Shown here: positions 12,563 through 25,560 of the stretch, one piece after another | Layout: the number at the start of each line of letters is the position of its first letter | Numbering within the stretch: the stretch's first letter is position 1 | Source: Azolla caroliniana | Lineage: Eukaryota > Plantae > Polypodiophyta | Direction of reading: 5' to 3' | Length of the DNA stretch: 64,000 nucleotides | Assembly (NCBI GenBank): GCA_043228905.1 | Contig: JBHGNT010000010.1 | Coordinates: 15,562,001 to 15,626,000, forward strand | Translations under genes and position numbers: made by a program | The notes under the pieces: model-generated | Seen by the model: the letters and a program-made list of their open reading frames with translations, nothing else | Database searches by the model: none | Told to the model about the DNA's origin: nothing

Positions 12563-15500
12563 CTATAAATTTGATTTTGATCCAAGAAACTTTGGTTTGT
12601 GATTCTCTGCATCTTCGGTTTCAAATGGTAGTAACAGATTTAGGGCAAACGCCGTGAAACCTCCCATTGAGAACCCATTGGAGATGAATAACACAAGTGC
12701 ATCACGCAAACCTGTCATTTGAAATCAGATCATCAGAAGTCAAGAGGCACACAAAAATGCACTACTTTACTCAAAAAACATGCAAAGCACAATGTCATGC
12801 TTCACTCCCTAAAGCTTAGAAACATAGCAACAATGTAACCAAACTTTAACAACCAATTAGAAAGAGAGATTTTGGCAATAAATTATAAATGTTAATGTGA
12901 TCTGTAGTAAACATCAAGCACATCCTTTGTAAATGATTTCTATATGCAACAGATTACATTTCCAAACTAGAATGTCAAAAAACTATTTTAAATTTTGTTG
13001 TATTTTAACTCTTTTGCATATACTTCGAGAGGAATTTTTTGAGATTTTCCCTTGATTTCTTTTGTTTACAAGGAGTTTCTGGTTCTATCTCATTTGTTTT
13101 TACTATTTTGCATGACGTTACGGGTTTCGTCGCTTTGCTTTGTTTCGTTTTTGGGGTGAAGGCAAAGAAAATGTAATGTAAGGTTAACATTTCCAGAGAC
13201 AAAATGGTCTATGAGATAGATATTTACGACCAAATTTTGGGTTCTCTATTTTGTGACTTTGATGCTATGAGATTATATATATATATATATATGCATGCAC
13301 AGAGAGAGAGACAGAGAGACAGACAAAGAGAGAGGAGAGAGAAAGACCTCTATATCCAGGAGTCCAGTTAGGGTCTATAGGCCAAAAGTTCCCTTCATTT
13401 GGATAACTTTTTTGACCTACAATATTCACCCAAGTTGGCACTAGATTCACACCAAGACCCATGCCTAGTGCAAGTGTTGCAATAAAACGATTTCTTCTCG
13501 TTAAACCTTCTCTCGAATTAAGCACATGAATCCCCGATACCACGACACTAGCAACTAGACAAGATGTTAGGGCACCAAGGATGCAATTAGGGATCGATAT
13601 GAATATAGCCGCAAACTTTGCAAAGACACCAAGGAGAAACAACCAGAAACAACATGCATATCCTGCTCGTCGAGAAGCACATCGTGATAAAGAAATCACG
13701 CCGTTATTCTGGGAGTAGGTTGTCAATGGTATGCACGTTCCTAGAGCTGCCCAAAATGCATTCAGCCCATCGGCTAGCAATGCACCTTGTACAGATTTCT
13801 CATAATCAGGCCCTGTAAAACAAATGTAGATAGATATTAGTAGATGTCACCGACATGATGTAAATGAAACTGTGTGTACGTACAAGAGATGTTATGTGCA
13901 AAAAACAATGTCATTATTCTATTAATGTTCGAAACATAAAGAATATCCATGTAAATGAGATGTTCATGTGTGAAGCATGATGTTGTGCACCAGCTTTTCA
14001 TTTATATAACACTCAGAAACAAGAAAAGAACTCGAATAATGCATTAAATTCAGGATTTACAAATTTTTTGTTAATGACTTCTTAAATTTTGATATTTCCA
14101 AGCAACTTTTTTGTGAAATAATTCCTTGAATTGTATGCTTTTACAAACAGCTTTTTTGTAAAATCTTTTCATTAGTTTCAGGCTTCACAAATTTCAATCT
14201 AAAAAATAATAGAAAGCAAAGTACTAAACAAATGTAATTGATTAGGTTGGAAAGAAAGTACCATAAGGTGGCAAGCCACTAGCTTCAGTTGTTGCAGTGA
14301 CATCTCCAATACACTCTGTGGCAGCTACTATGGAAGCCACAAGCAATGGCAACACAGCTGGTGCATAGAATTGGAACGGAAACGTTCGAGTCCATATAAA
14401 GGTTATCCAATCAGCTGAAGCTATTTGCTTTCCTGTTACATACCTAGCCCAAACATTTGAACCACATTCATAATGTTCCTTGCATAAATGACTCTATCTA
14501 GGGTATCACAACATGCATATTAGTTTTAGCAACACGTCTATTTAGTTTTTACTTAGTACCATATAAATATATTTGGGGCTAGTGAGAATTTTGAATACAC
14601 CTTAGAGATTCGCAAATATAACCCGAGCAATCTGGACTTGCACATTGTGGTGGAATGCATATGGTACTATTTGGGAATAGGGATGTAGGATCTCCAGTAA
14701 CTTGATTTGTCGTTCGGTTATAATGAACACCCTAAAACAGAAAGTTTTTATTATCCCAGCACCATTCGATGAGTTCGGATTTTTATCAAGAACTTGTTTG
14801 GTCTTACCAAAGGAAGAATATCATAGCATATGGATGATTCACATACAGGAGGTTCACAAATTGCAGTACAGGTAGTTACATGTGACATAGCCACAACCAC
14901 CATTGAAATCAAGAGAGCTAAAATAACCTGCCCATTATTATAAAAATACTTAAAATATTCATCATGTTCTGTGTTCAATTCAATTTCCCGGTAAATAAGA
15001 ACCCCCTCCACCCCCTCCAAAGAGACAAAAAAGAACAGAAGACTTATGATTTTTGGGTTCAAAATCCATTAACTTTACCTGTGTATTTTTCATAAATGGC
15101 GACCCAAATAGCTCAATCAAAATGAATGATAAAAAAACAACAAATCCGAGCCCCAAATAATATGGATGTCCAAACGGCAACACAACATCCCCATTTCCAG
15201 TGCAAGGTGCCATTGTGGTCAGAACCTGCATACATTCATAAACCAAACAAAATGACTTTCTTTTCCTACATTTTTTGGGCATTTGATAACTTGTTTTGCT
15301 TTTTCTTTGATGCCAGTGGATTCTTAACATGGATTTAGAAAGACTACAAAATCTAACACTTATATGAACATCTTTTGGAGGAAGTTCAAGTTTCTGCCTT
15401 GTGGAGGAGTAAAAATGCCCATCAGTGAAGTAAAGATGGTTGGAATGAATAGTGTCCACTTCACAAGTCAGGGAAACACATAATCAGAACTAATAGATCC

Positions 15501-18205
15501 TCTCAAGAGTACATGTTGTAGGCTAACAGACGTTAGGAAACAACCTTACTCTTATTACAGACCTGCTCATTCACCAAAGCATTTACTCAAATTTCCTGGG
15601 CAAAGTTTTGGCAAAATCCTTATTTTCTCCAATGGACAAGATTTTGAGCTCTTAGGACCATCTAGATGGCTCCCAATCATAAGGTCTTTAGTCAACACCA
15701 ACTTCAGAAATTTAGCTTCTTTAACGAATTCCTCAGAAAATATCTATCGATTGTCTACAACTTAGGGACATCCCACATCAAACGTACATTCTTTACTTTG
15801 AACGTTTCTAAGAACTTTAGTGTCTACTCAGCACTTTATACATTTCTCATAGTTATTTTCGTGGGTTTTCACTTCGTATTGAGGTTTCCCACTAGTAATA
15901 TTAACTCTTACTAAAAAAACGTGAGTAGATGTCAGGAAATAAGATTTGCAAGTTTTTAGCTCGTTTACAGAAATGTTTAGGTGAAAGTGAGAAACTAGGA
16001 TCACTATCGCCTTAGATCAAAGCTATAAACTTCAAAGGGAGTAAGGTTTTTATTTAATAAAATGAGATTGCATAAACCAAGTAAAAGAGTGAGATCTCAA
16101 GAGCATTTAAGAATAACATGAACAATGTGATTAAGAGAGGAATGCCTTTATCAGTTATTTCAAACATCCAAACTGACAAGTTTCTTTGTCATTTCTTAAT
16201 ACAATTTTTGTAAAATTTAGGGGCTCCCCATACCACAACCCAACGCCCTTTGGGTTTAAGTTCCTAGGAAGACATCCAATTACACTACCATTATAACACA
16301 TAATCATCACAGATGGGATTGAGATTTACATATTAAATCGCAATATATAATCCTATTAAACTCAACCATTGTTTGCATACACGAGTATAATGATGCAAAG
16401 CAATACCTGGCTTGCACAATATTGGCCTCCACCCCATAGTTCAAAGCCAGTGGTAACAAGCGAAACCCCCACAAGAATCAAACATGTTCCAGTCACAACA
16501 GGAGGAAAGATTCGACGTACAGTTTTTGGTGAGAGAAATGAAAGTGAGGTCTGAAACCAGCATACTACAAGAACCTATCAAAACAGTTTAATACATGATT
16601 GTCAAAATGGCACCATTTAATTGTGCTTCTCATTTACAATGTTCTGCTACACATACTGTGTATGCATCATGCACAAATATTATCTGTTTTACTCACGGTT
16701 CCAAGTATGGCACCGTATGCCTCTTCTCCCGTATAACATTGTCCTTCCAAAGATTGTGTACATTGCTGACATGACCCATTGACTTGACATGGGGAACCAT
16801 TGCATGAACATGCTTGTAAACTTGTAAGTACATGTTGGGCTGTTAAAAACAAAAGCCTAAATGCCATAATACTAGAGACATCACTTGACACAAGAAAATC
16901 TGCAAGTAATTGTGGCACTGCTTGTTTTTTCCATTTTATAAAGCAAGAAAAGACTTACCAACAGGTATATATGCAAAAGATATACCCATCACAGATAGCA
17001 GACCTGAACCTGCACACAACAATTATGATACATTATGTTACCTAGCCCAATGTTTAAAAAGCTCATTAAAGATAATGTACGAACTTATGATTTCTTGGTA
17101 TCAATTTATTTTTACCGATTACATAATTGGTGTATGGTATCTTAATTTGATAAACCTGGATGAAAGAAGCGACAGAGGTTACAATCAATGCTGCTGATAC
17201 TAGATCTGTGGTTTTGTAAAACAGAACAAGATTGTTAACAAGATTGTTTATCACTTCCCTCATGTAAATAGTCAAAACTGCATATAAATGCAAAGGCTTC
17301 TGTGTTCCAAACCTTTAAATCCTAACGACACTTAGCTGGATTTAGGATAGATCAAGAAACATCATAGGTCTCTAGTGAGCATCTTCAAATGGATCACCAA
17401 ATCATGTCAGACTACCCCTTTTAAAAATCCCAATTGCATTATAAAGTTGATTTGTGAGCGGAATAAACAAACTTAACACCATCAAGACTGCTATGTACAC
17501 AAAGGGGCTATATATATCATGATATGTATCTCACATAAGCTCATAATATAGGTCCTAATCCACAACATCCAACCGAATCATGGTATCAAAATGCCTAAGG
17601 CTCCTTTTGTGTTTACAATGTAGATGGCAAGGAAAACACATAATGAATGTATACAACCACTTTTTTCTTATCTTGTCAACTCATACCTACGAAGTAGAAC
17701 TTACATGCTTCTGTCTTTGGGTCGGAGAAGTTTGCAGATCCAGCTATAATGATAGGTGCTGTTATGATACCCCCAACCTTTGGATTCACGATGCATTCAT
17801 ACACCACAATATTATATATTATTGATGAGAACAGCAACCAAAATACTAGAATATATGTTAGTAAAACATAAAATAAAACTATGAGACTGATTTTACCATA
17901 GCTAAGGCATGTTGGAGGCCCATGACAAGGGCCAGGAAGATGGGTATTTTCTCATCTTTGGAATAGAATGGTGGAGTTTGGATGTTTCCATTGAAAGGAG
18001 ACCGAGGCATACACAAGAAACTCCAATTGTAATCACCAAAAAACTCGGTTTTCCATGTTCGAGCATCACCATTCTCATTTTTTAATACATGCCTTTGGGA
18101 TGAAGAAAAACCATCTTCTTGATCATAAGTGGTAAAGACAACATGATCCTCGGAGGAAGAATTAAGAGGGAAAGCAAGCTCCATATTATTTTCTGCCTCA
18201 GTCAT
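12563..18205 (-). CDS. Nucleobase:cation symporter-2 (NCS2/NAT), UapA/UapC-type xanthine/uric acid permease, 12 exons, ~675 aa
   Basis: Exons 18205-17897, 17777-17705, 17205-17116, 17009-16959, 16839-16697, 16574-16407, 15225-15079, 14927-14808, 14731-14601, 14443-14262, 13812-13348, 12711-12563 are all GT-AG and in frame (2028 nt). Motifs: LQHALAM, GSGLLSVMG, FPPVVTG, ECIGDVTAT, LADG, and the NAT signature QNNGVISLSR-CASRRAG. Confidence 0.92.
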
Positions 18206-18880
18206 GGTGAAAAGGTGGGACGAAGAACCGCTGCCCAAATAAAGATTTCACACGACAGAATTTGGCCAAACGAAGATACCAAACAGGGTAAATCCTATTC
18301 CCACAGCCAAAACTGCCTGAAAAGAAATTCTATGCAGCCAAAATGCGAATGTCACGAACATAATCTACTCAAAAGAAGATAATGGGCCACCCAGATGCTG
18401 ATATCACACCATAGGATCTGCCCTAATGAAGAAGAGTGAGTACACAGTGCCCAAATACTGGTGTCACACTGCGGAATATGCAGAAACAATGATGTACAAA
18501 CCCAAGTGCAATATGTATGTAGAAATACAAAAGCAGTGTCAGGAGCAGGGGAGCTGCAAAAAATAAAAATAAAAAACAGGAAGAGGGGAAGAGCTTCAAA
18601 ATTTCACCGCGATTTGGAAATTACCCCAAAATGAGAATCTTTTGCTGATTCCCTTGCAGAATCTGTCAAACAAATGAGTAAAAGCTTGGAAGATTCGGAA
18701 TCACACAAGCCGAGGGGTTTTGATGATTCAGAATCGCCCAGTTGCGAATCTTTGCAGGTTCAGGTAAACCAAGGGAATTTGAAATCGCTCACAAATGGAT
18801 GACGCAGAAATTCGCAGGGAGCAGGGAATCTGCGCGAGTGCGACCCGTCAAAATTTTGAAAAAATCCTTCCAAAAGCCCT

Positions 18881-18892
18881 GCCACACGTGGC
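18881..18892. promoter_or_regulatory. G-box/ABRE-like element upstream of the NCS2 gene
   Basis: GCCACACGTGGC (CACGTG core) ~0.7 kb upstream of the ATG, in a GC-richer promoter-like stretch. Function not shown. Confidence 0.35.
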
Positions 18893-19014
18893 GATGGCGT
18901 GTGAAACCGAAGGTCTAGTTTGATGATTTCCATGGGGGCAACATTTTCCTGCCATTTGGCATTCACCAACAAAAGCCTGCTCATGAATCATTCGCGTTCA
19001 AATTCATTTTTATC

Positions 19015-19360
19015 AACAAATCGATCCGAGTCATATAGCTAGCTGTTCATTGAATTGAATCGATCGAGTCATATAGCTTTTCATCGAATCGAATCGATCC
19101 AGTCATATAGCTTTTCATCCAATCGAATGAATCAGTCATATAGCTTTTCATCAAATCCATCATGTGTTGTGTCCGTAGCATAGCTTCTAGATAGATTGAA
19201 TCACGTAGCTTTTCATCGAATCAATCGTGTCATGTCCGTTGTATAGCTTGTAGACAGATTGAATCACATAGCTTTTCATCGTATCGATCAAGCCATATAG
19301 CTTGTCGACAAATCAACTCGAGTCATACACCTTGTCCACAAATCGATCGTGTCATGTCCC
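19015..19360. repeat. Degenerate ~30-bp tandem minisatellite
   Basis: Recurrent ATCGAATCGATCGAGTCATATAGCTTTTC units, roughly 10 copies with variants. Confidence 0.8.
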
Positions 19361-20440
19361 ATATAAATTTGCTCGTAGATACTCCATCGACTTATCTACC
19401 CATTGCAATGAATGTCGTGGGCTAATCACCCATATTTCTCCAAGAGTCCTAATATGAGCTTCTCGGCAACCTAAATCCACTCTGTTACCCCCCTCAAAAG
19501 CACACCAAAAGTGACTTCTATAGTTGTTGACATTATTTAGCCCCTTTCACATTATATTGGTGACAAAACCTTCGTCTCTTGCCCCGTTTCCCTAGAGACT
19601 GATGCCTTTGGTGCTAATGCCAATGTGTTTGAATGTGTTTGAAAGGGCCTGTGAACTTAAATTTATGAGAAGTACTTAAGATCCCTTCCCCATATGAGTG
19701 AAGTAGTGTGCATTCTTGGTTGCATTACTTCTCAATCCATTTGATGATTCGTTTACTAGTAAGGAATGGCAAGGTTATGTCTCCCATTCGTATGGTGGGT
19801 TGGACAAACTCCTTCAATAATCAAAACACATGTATCGTGTATTATATCAACAATTGCCTCAAAGACATTTGTTGGACGACGGTAGGATAACAACATGTAC
19901 ACAAAGATTGACATGGAGCCTCGCCTCATGAAAGAGAGTTCCTGAGCAAGCGTGGTGGTTTGTGTGTGTCGGAGCGTGCTAAGCCCTTTCCATACATAGC
20001 ATGACATATTATTTGCAAATGGCCACCTTAATGTGAAAGGGGACAAAGCTTTGTCAAAGGGTTGTGAAAGTCACATTTTGTAACCTTTTAGGTTCTTCTT
20101 GATTTTTTAAAAGTTTTTTTTAATCCGCTAACCTAAGTTAGAGATCTCTCCCTCTTTGAGTTGAGTGATTAGGGTTAAGTGCTACTTAGCCGAGCTCTAA
20201 TCACTCCTTTTGTATGTATTGTGTGAACTTCTCTATTAATCAAGAAGTGGTTAGTAATATTGTGTATAAAACTTTTCTTTTATGTAAGTGTATGTTTGAC
20301 ACTTAAGCCTTCATAAAACATTAGTTAGCATCTTAATTAGAGTAGACATAAGGAAGTGAATAGTTAGAGTTGACAAGGTTAGGGTTAACTAGGCTAGCAA
20401 CTTCAATGACCGCTCTCGCCTTGTCAATTAGAACCCCTTG

Positions 20441-21116
20441 GCCAACAATATCAATATTGAGGCAAAACTTTGCCAATACGAAGACATGCACTTGGTGTAA
20501 CATACCAAGATCCGACAAATCTTTTTGGTGCTATTGTTGAAACTAAAAGACCAACACTTTAAGCCATCAACGAGTTTTTCATGGGTTCTTGAGGCAAGCT
20601 TCGTTGACTTGGAGAGAGAGAGAGAGAGAGAGATTCTCGTTTTCGAAGGTCAAATATGACCTATGACACCAAAAATATTACATTTCACGTGATACATGTG
20701 AAAGTGAGTAGCAACTCTCTATGTTCAAGAACTTTACCAATGAATGTTGCAATTGAGAGTACACATTGTGGTTATGAGAGAAATTCGTGCAAGGATTGGG
20801 CTTGGTCAAATATGTGTGGAAAGCATGGTCGAATATGAGGCAGAGCATTGTATCAAAGTGTGATACTCTTGTTTAGGGCAAAGTGTGCATAGTCGACCAC
20901 GCTCATCACTTGTTCCCCAACGCACCGTCTCATATCGCAATGCATGTGAGTGAAGTTGCATGGAAGCAATGGTTCGAATGACAGATAACGGGATGGGCTC
21001 TAGCATGTCTTGATGTGTACGGTTTCCCCGTTTCGGTTCAAATCCCATTTGCACCAAGTGAGTGTGAAGCACAAGCAATGCGACAGTGACGTGATGGAAG
21101 AAACCCATACATTCTA

Positions 21117-21178
<62 letters not shown>

Positions 21179-21378
21179 GTGTCAAGGTCTCGGCCAACAA
21201 TATTGATATTGCAGCAAAACTCAGCCAATACGAAGACATTCACTTGGTGTAACATACCAAGAGCCGACACATCTTTTTGGTGCTATTGTTGAAACTAAAA
21301 GACTGAAGGTTAAAACCATTGGTGAGCTTTTCGTGGGCTCTCAATGTAAGCTTCGTTGACTTCGGAGAGAGAGAGAGA
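20441..21378. mobile_element. Composite of two ~180-bp direct-repeat elements and an RTE-like LINE 3' fragment, each abutting (GA)n
   Basis: Repeat copies at 20441-20633 and 21192-21378 (GCCAACAATAT...AAGCTTCGTTGACTT) both end in (GA)n. Between them is a minus-strand fragment 20640-21117 encoding HSHALRYETVRW..RLCTLCPKQ..EYHTLIQC (LINE C-terminal zinc-finger-like). Confidence 0.65.
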
Positions 21379-21859
21379 TCGAGGTCTCAAAAAGGGCAAC
21401 ATTGCAAGCGTCTTAATAGTTTTTGGTAATTAGTAATTAATTGGTTTGTCTTTTTCTAATGGTGTTTATTATTTTGATTTTTTATTGTTGTCTTCATATA
21501 TGTTCTAATTTAGTTTATTTCCTCTTCCACGTTTGGGTGATTATCTTTCATAATAATTATCCACCCTAAAATCCGCCTATTATTAATCACCCCACTCGGT
21601 TTTTTTGGTTTTGAATGTAGTTTGGTATCTTTTCTTAATTTTTGTTTTTTTTATTAATTTCATTCTTAATTTTACCATAACTTTCTTTTAGGTTTCTCCT
21701 TTTACTTTTGTTTCTATTTTTACGTTTAAGTTTATACCCTCTCCTCATCAATTGAAAAGGAGTAGTAAATATGTAGATTGAAGATTTTTTTGATTCCTTA
21801 AACAATCTTAAACACTACCTTGTACATAGTAGTGTTTACGGTTGTTGGCTCTCCAACAT

Positions 21860-22140
21860 ACAAAGCTTCAAGCCCACGACACTCAATCTATGAAGCTTAG
21901 TACAAGTGGCACAACCTAGAACCTGTAAGGCTTAGCACATGATGCTTAGTGTATGAGGCTCAACACACAAGACTTAGCTCTGCACGCAATGCATCCAAAC
22001 ACAATGCAACAAAATGCTTAGCCAACTAAGAGTCTCAACACACAACGTTTAGCACACAATGCTTAGCCTACAAAGAGAGACTGTTGCAAGGCTAAGTGCA
22101 CAATGCTTCAAGCCCACAAAGCTAAGCATATGAAGCACAC
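21860..22140. repeat. Degenerate short-unit minisatellite (GCTTAGCACACAAT-like)
   Basis: Repeated GCTTAG/CACACAA motifs at ~15-20 bp spacing. Confidence 0.5.
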
Positions 22141-22369
22141 GAGTTCAAATACAAAATATTTACCTATGTCATTAAGTATTTATTTATTCATTTATTTATA
22201 TCTATATCTATATTTATCCCCTTCTCAATCAAGCACACAGACAAATTAATAATACAATAAACAAAACAATAATAATAATATTTCACAAGGAAAGGTCATA
22301 TGGAGTAGCCTATTTAAATTAAGGCCTAACCCAATGTAAAAAACGAATCTAACCGAGCACAACTCAACG

Positions 22370-22790
22370 GGGGACTTGGAGGAGGAAGCAAGACATATGG
22401 AGGTTGGCTAACGCCCCAAGCTAGTACCGAGACAATATTTGAAGAGAGGTCAACATGTTAGCACATCCTACACCCCCATAGTAGCAAATAGTGAATTCTG
22501 CATAGACTATATCACTTTAGAACACGGCCACCTAGATGTCCTAGAATAAATCAAAGCCATAAATAAAGATATTAAAATCTAGTCCTCCCAATTAGCAAAC
22601 GGTGGGAGATTTGTGGCCTCCAAATAACTATATTAGTTGCAATCAATACAAAGAAAACCCTAGCAACCCCAAAAAATTGTCACTAGAACCCCTACGAGGG
22701 TAGAATTTCTAACAAGTTATGCGGTATGCGAAAATAACATGTCAAGGCCATCACACAAGACATAGATGCCCATACATACTTACACCAACA
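22370..22790 (-). mobile_element. Degenerate L1-type LINE ORF2 C-terminal fragment
   Basis: Minus strand ends in a QPPYVLLPP-like terminus, similar to the YQPPRWLFPP ending of the other LINE fragments in this window. Many lesions. Confidence 0.4.
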
Positions 22791-24811
22791 TAGGTCATAA
22801 TACTACATGTGGCTCAGGGCATTCATCATGTAAGTGTACTATGAGGAATGTCCATTCAATAGATGCAAAATCATGCAATATTTAGAGGTATGGTATGCAT
22901 GATGGTGTTTAGGATATGTCTTGATTCCTTCACTAAAGGGTGGTGGTTGGGTGGAAAAGTGCCCTTAATTTAGTTACGTCGTTCAATTATATGTTCAACT
23001 ACTTTATCATTAGTTGTAACTTGTATCCTTAAGACCAACCCGTTTTTTCTTATATGTAGACTCATAAAGGCATAGGAAGTGAAATGTACAAATCTATTTA
23101 AAACGTAAGTTTCTTTCTAAATGCTTAAACTCTCTTTTTACATGTATACGGTTAGAAAGAAATAGAAAGTTGTTGTTGGCTTAATGTTTTTATTTCTCGT
23201 TTCTTTCCCTTGGGTCTAAGTGATTAAATGTGAGTTGAGTTATTCCTTGTGTTTTTCTCATTCCTATGTTCATTAAGTTAAAGATATGTGGTTGTGGTTA
23301 AGACATTCATTTAGGGGGTAGGAATCCTTGTTTCATTCGCTCAAAAGTGGTTGGCACCCACTCTTCAACCACAAAAAGGGTGTATATACATTTCATCCCC
23401 TACAATGATCTAATGTGAATATCATTGTTAGTTAATCCAAGCGGAGTAACACAACCTTGGGGCCATTGTCGATGATGTCAATTGATACTCAAGTAATGAG
23501 AAGCTCCCATATGACAACCATCTACAACATAGGTACATAAGAGTCCATGTTTTTTAGTCACTTCAAACACTTTTTACCTTCGTGTCAAATAGAACAAAAA
23601 CGTTGGATATAAAGAATTGTGCATAATCTCCTTAAATTTTAACTTATCCCAATTGCCAATAACAAGACCCAAGGCACATAGACAATAAGTCATATAATAA
23701 GAAGTTTGTTGATCAATGAGATGAATAGTAAGCTAATTTGAATGCAGAACATAAACTAGAGCTAAATTTGGGACAAGACAATGGAGGAGTTTGAGAGACA
23801 AACACTCCAACCCCAAACTTACAACTTAGACTAAAGGAAACATGTTCTCGAGTAGCAATGTTAGAGAAGGAATGAGATGAACTTCTTGATGTAAATCTAC
23901 TAGAAAGAGATATAAGTTAGTGGTCAAATTAATCCAAGTTTAGGCGATGATGTTTAGTTCACATTGTTTTGGAGAATTCTATGATAAGCAATTAGCCCAT
24001 ATCTAGATTAATAGCTTGTCAACCTTATGCAAACACTCGCTTGTACACACTATTTTTCTAGTGGACAAAGTGTCATATAGGGGTTAATGAGTCATTAAGT
24101 ACTTATTATATTGTATTTTGATCCTAAATTCTGCATCACTTTCCAACATAGAAATTTGAAACTTCCAAGTGTAATGACTACCTTTACTCTCAAGTTGATC
24201 ATGTTATTATTCATAAAAAAACACAATATGGGATAATATTCCTACACATATTTAGTGAGCCAAGTTTCTCCCTTTTGTATTTGCATTTCATATGTTAGTT
24301 TTTTCTTGAGGTATTCCATGACACTCAAAATCATCCAATGCATGCATAGTGTGCATGCATTCACAAGGATCTAAACCATAATACCATTTTATCAATCCAC
24401 ATTTTACCCAATTTATCCATTTTCAAGAACATTTTAACCATCCATTTCCAAACACATGAAATCATTACCAAAGTAGCAAGCAGAAGTAGAAACCAATATG
24501 AATTTTTTATCTTTACACCAAATGTCGACCACATCATTTGATCGTTGTGTAAAGTTAGTTTGCAACTCTCTCTTTGTTATGCTTACTCATGATACTAAGA
24601 TAAAAATACACTATGCACTTCCACATTGAGCATACATAGAAGGTTATGTTGAATAATGGGAATGTGAAAAACATATTGTCATTGAAAAGAATGATTGGGC
24701 TATTTGCAAATTATCATATCATTGAATCTCATCATATATGAAATTGTTTCCCTAACAACTATGTCCACTTTGGTAAGAAGGCCAGAGTGAGGGTTGCTGA
24801 ATTTTTGGTGG

Positions 24812-25190
24812 TCTATGATGTAATTGTTTGCTAACTAATGCGAAGTAGTGTTTTTTTGGAGAAAAACAAACATAAGAGTTCTACACATCCAATCATCAAT
24901 GTCAATGCTCACTATACATACGAGTGAAAGCATTGTTCTTTATAAGGAATCTTTTTTAAAGGATCATAACTAATATCCTCTTACTTTTACTAGGGCAAAT
25001 GTGGCTCACACTCTTCTTTATTGGAAGAGCAACAATGAAGAATTGAGAGCTTGAATGTGTTTTAGGTTTACGAATGAAATTTAGTGTGAGTGAGCATTAA
25101 TATTGAGCTTCTTGTTATTTCATTCACAATTTTTTTTTCTTTCCAAAAAACACTACTTCGCATTAGTTAGCAAATAGAATACATCAGAGT
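24812..25190. mobile_element. Foldback/MITE-like element with long imperfect TIRs
   Basis: TTTGCTAACTAATGCGAAGTAGTGTTTTTT(T)GGA (24827-24860) is inverted at 25141-25174. Homology extends inward to CAATGTCAATGCTCACT / AGTGAGCATTAATATTG. No TSD identified. Confidence 0.65.
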
Positions 25191-25199
25191 TTACCTGAA

Positions 25200-25560
25200 T
25201 CCACAGTGGGATCAACATATACAACTCGGAGGAACAACTCCAAAACGATCAAACAAAAACAACAAAAACTCACATGACCCTTAACTCCAACAAAATTGAA
25301 ATAAACCTCATTTTACCCCGACTCTACATCTCCCAACAAATTGTTTTATAGCAAAGTTATCCAGGTAACATGACTATACTAACCCACTTGTGCTTCTACT
25401 ATACATACATACTTACAACCCATCTATAATATTGGGAGCCATCGGCGGAAACAACCACCTAGGCGCCTGGTAATTCCACTTAGGCCTCGACGAAGATTTG
25501 CCCATCATGGGAGAACCACCCCATTTTATTCACGATTTTAACTTTTCACCCCAAAAACAC
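25200..25560 (-). mobile_element. 5'-truncated L1 LINE 3' end
   Basis: Minus strand encodes ..KWNYQAPRWLFPPM (25440-25480), the same terminus as the 46950-47630 fragment, followed by a GT-rich 3' UTR. Confidence 0.6.

Noticed and set aside
19778-20348. Possible solo LTR (TGTCT...AGACA)
   Set aside because: LTR-like composition, but the flanks (GGTTA / TAAGG) give no TSD and no partner is in the window.
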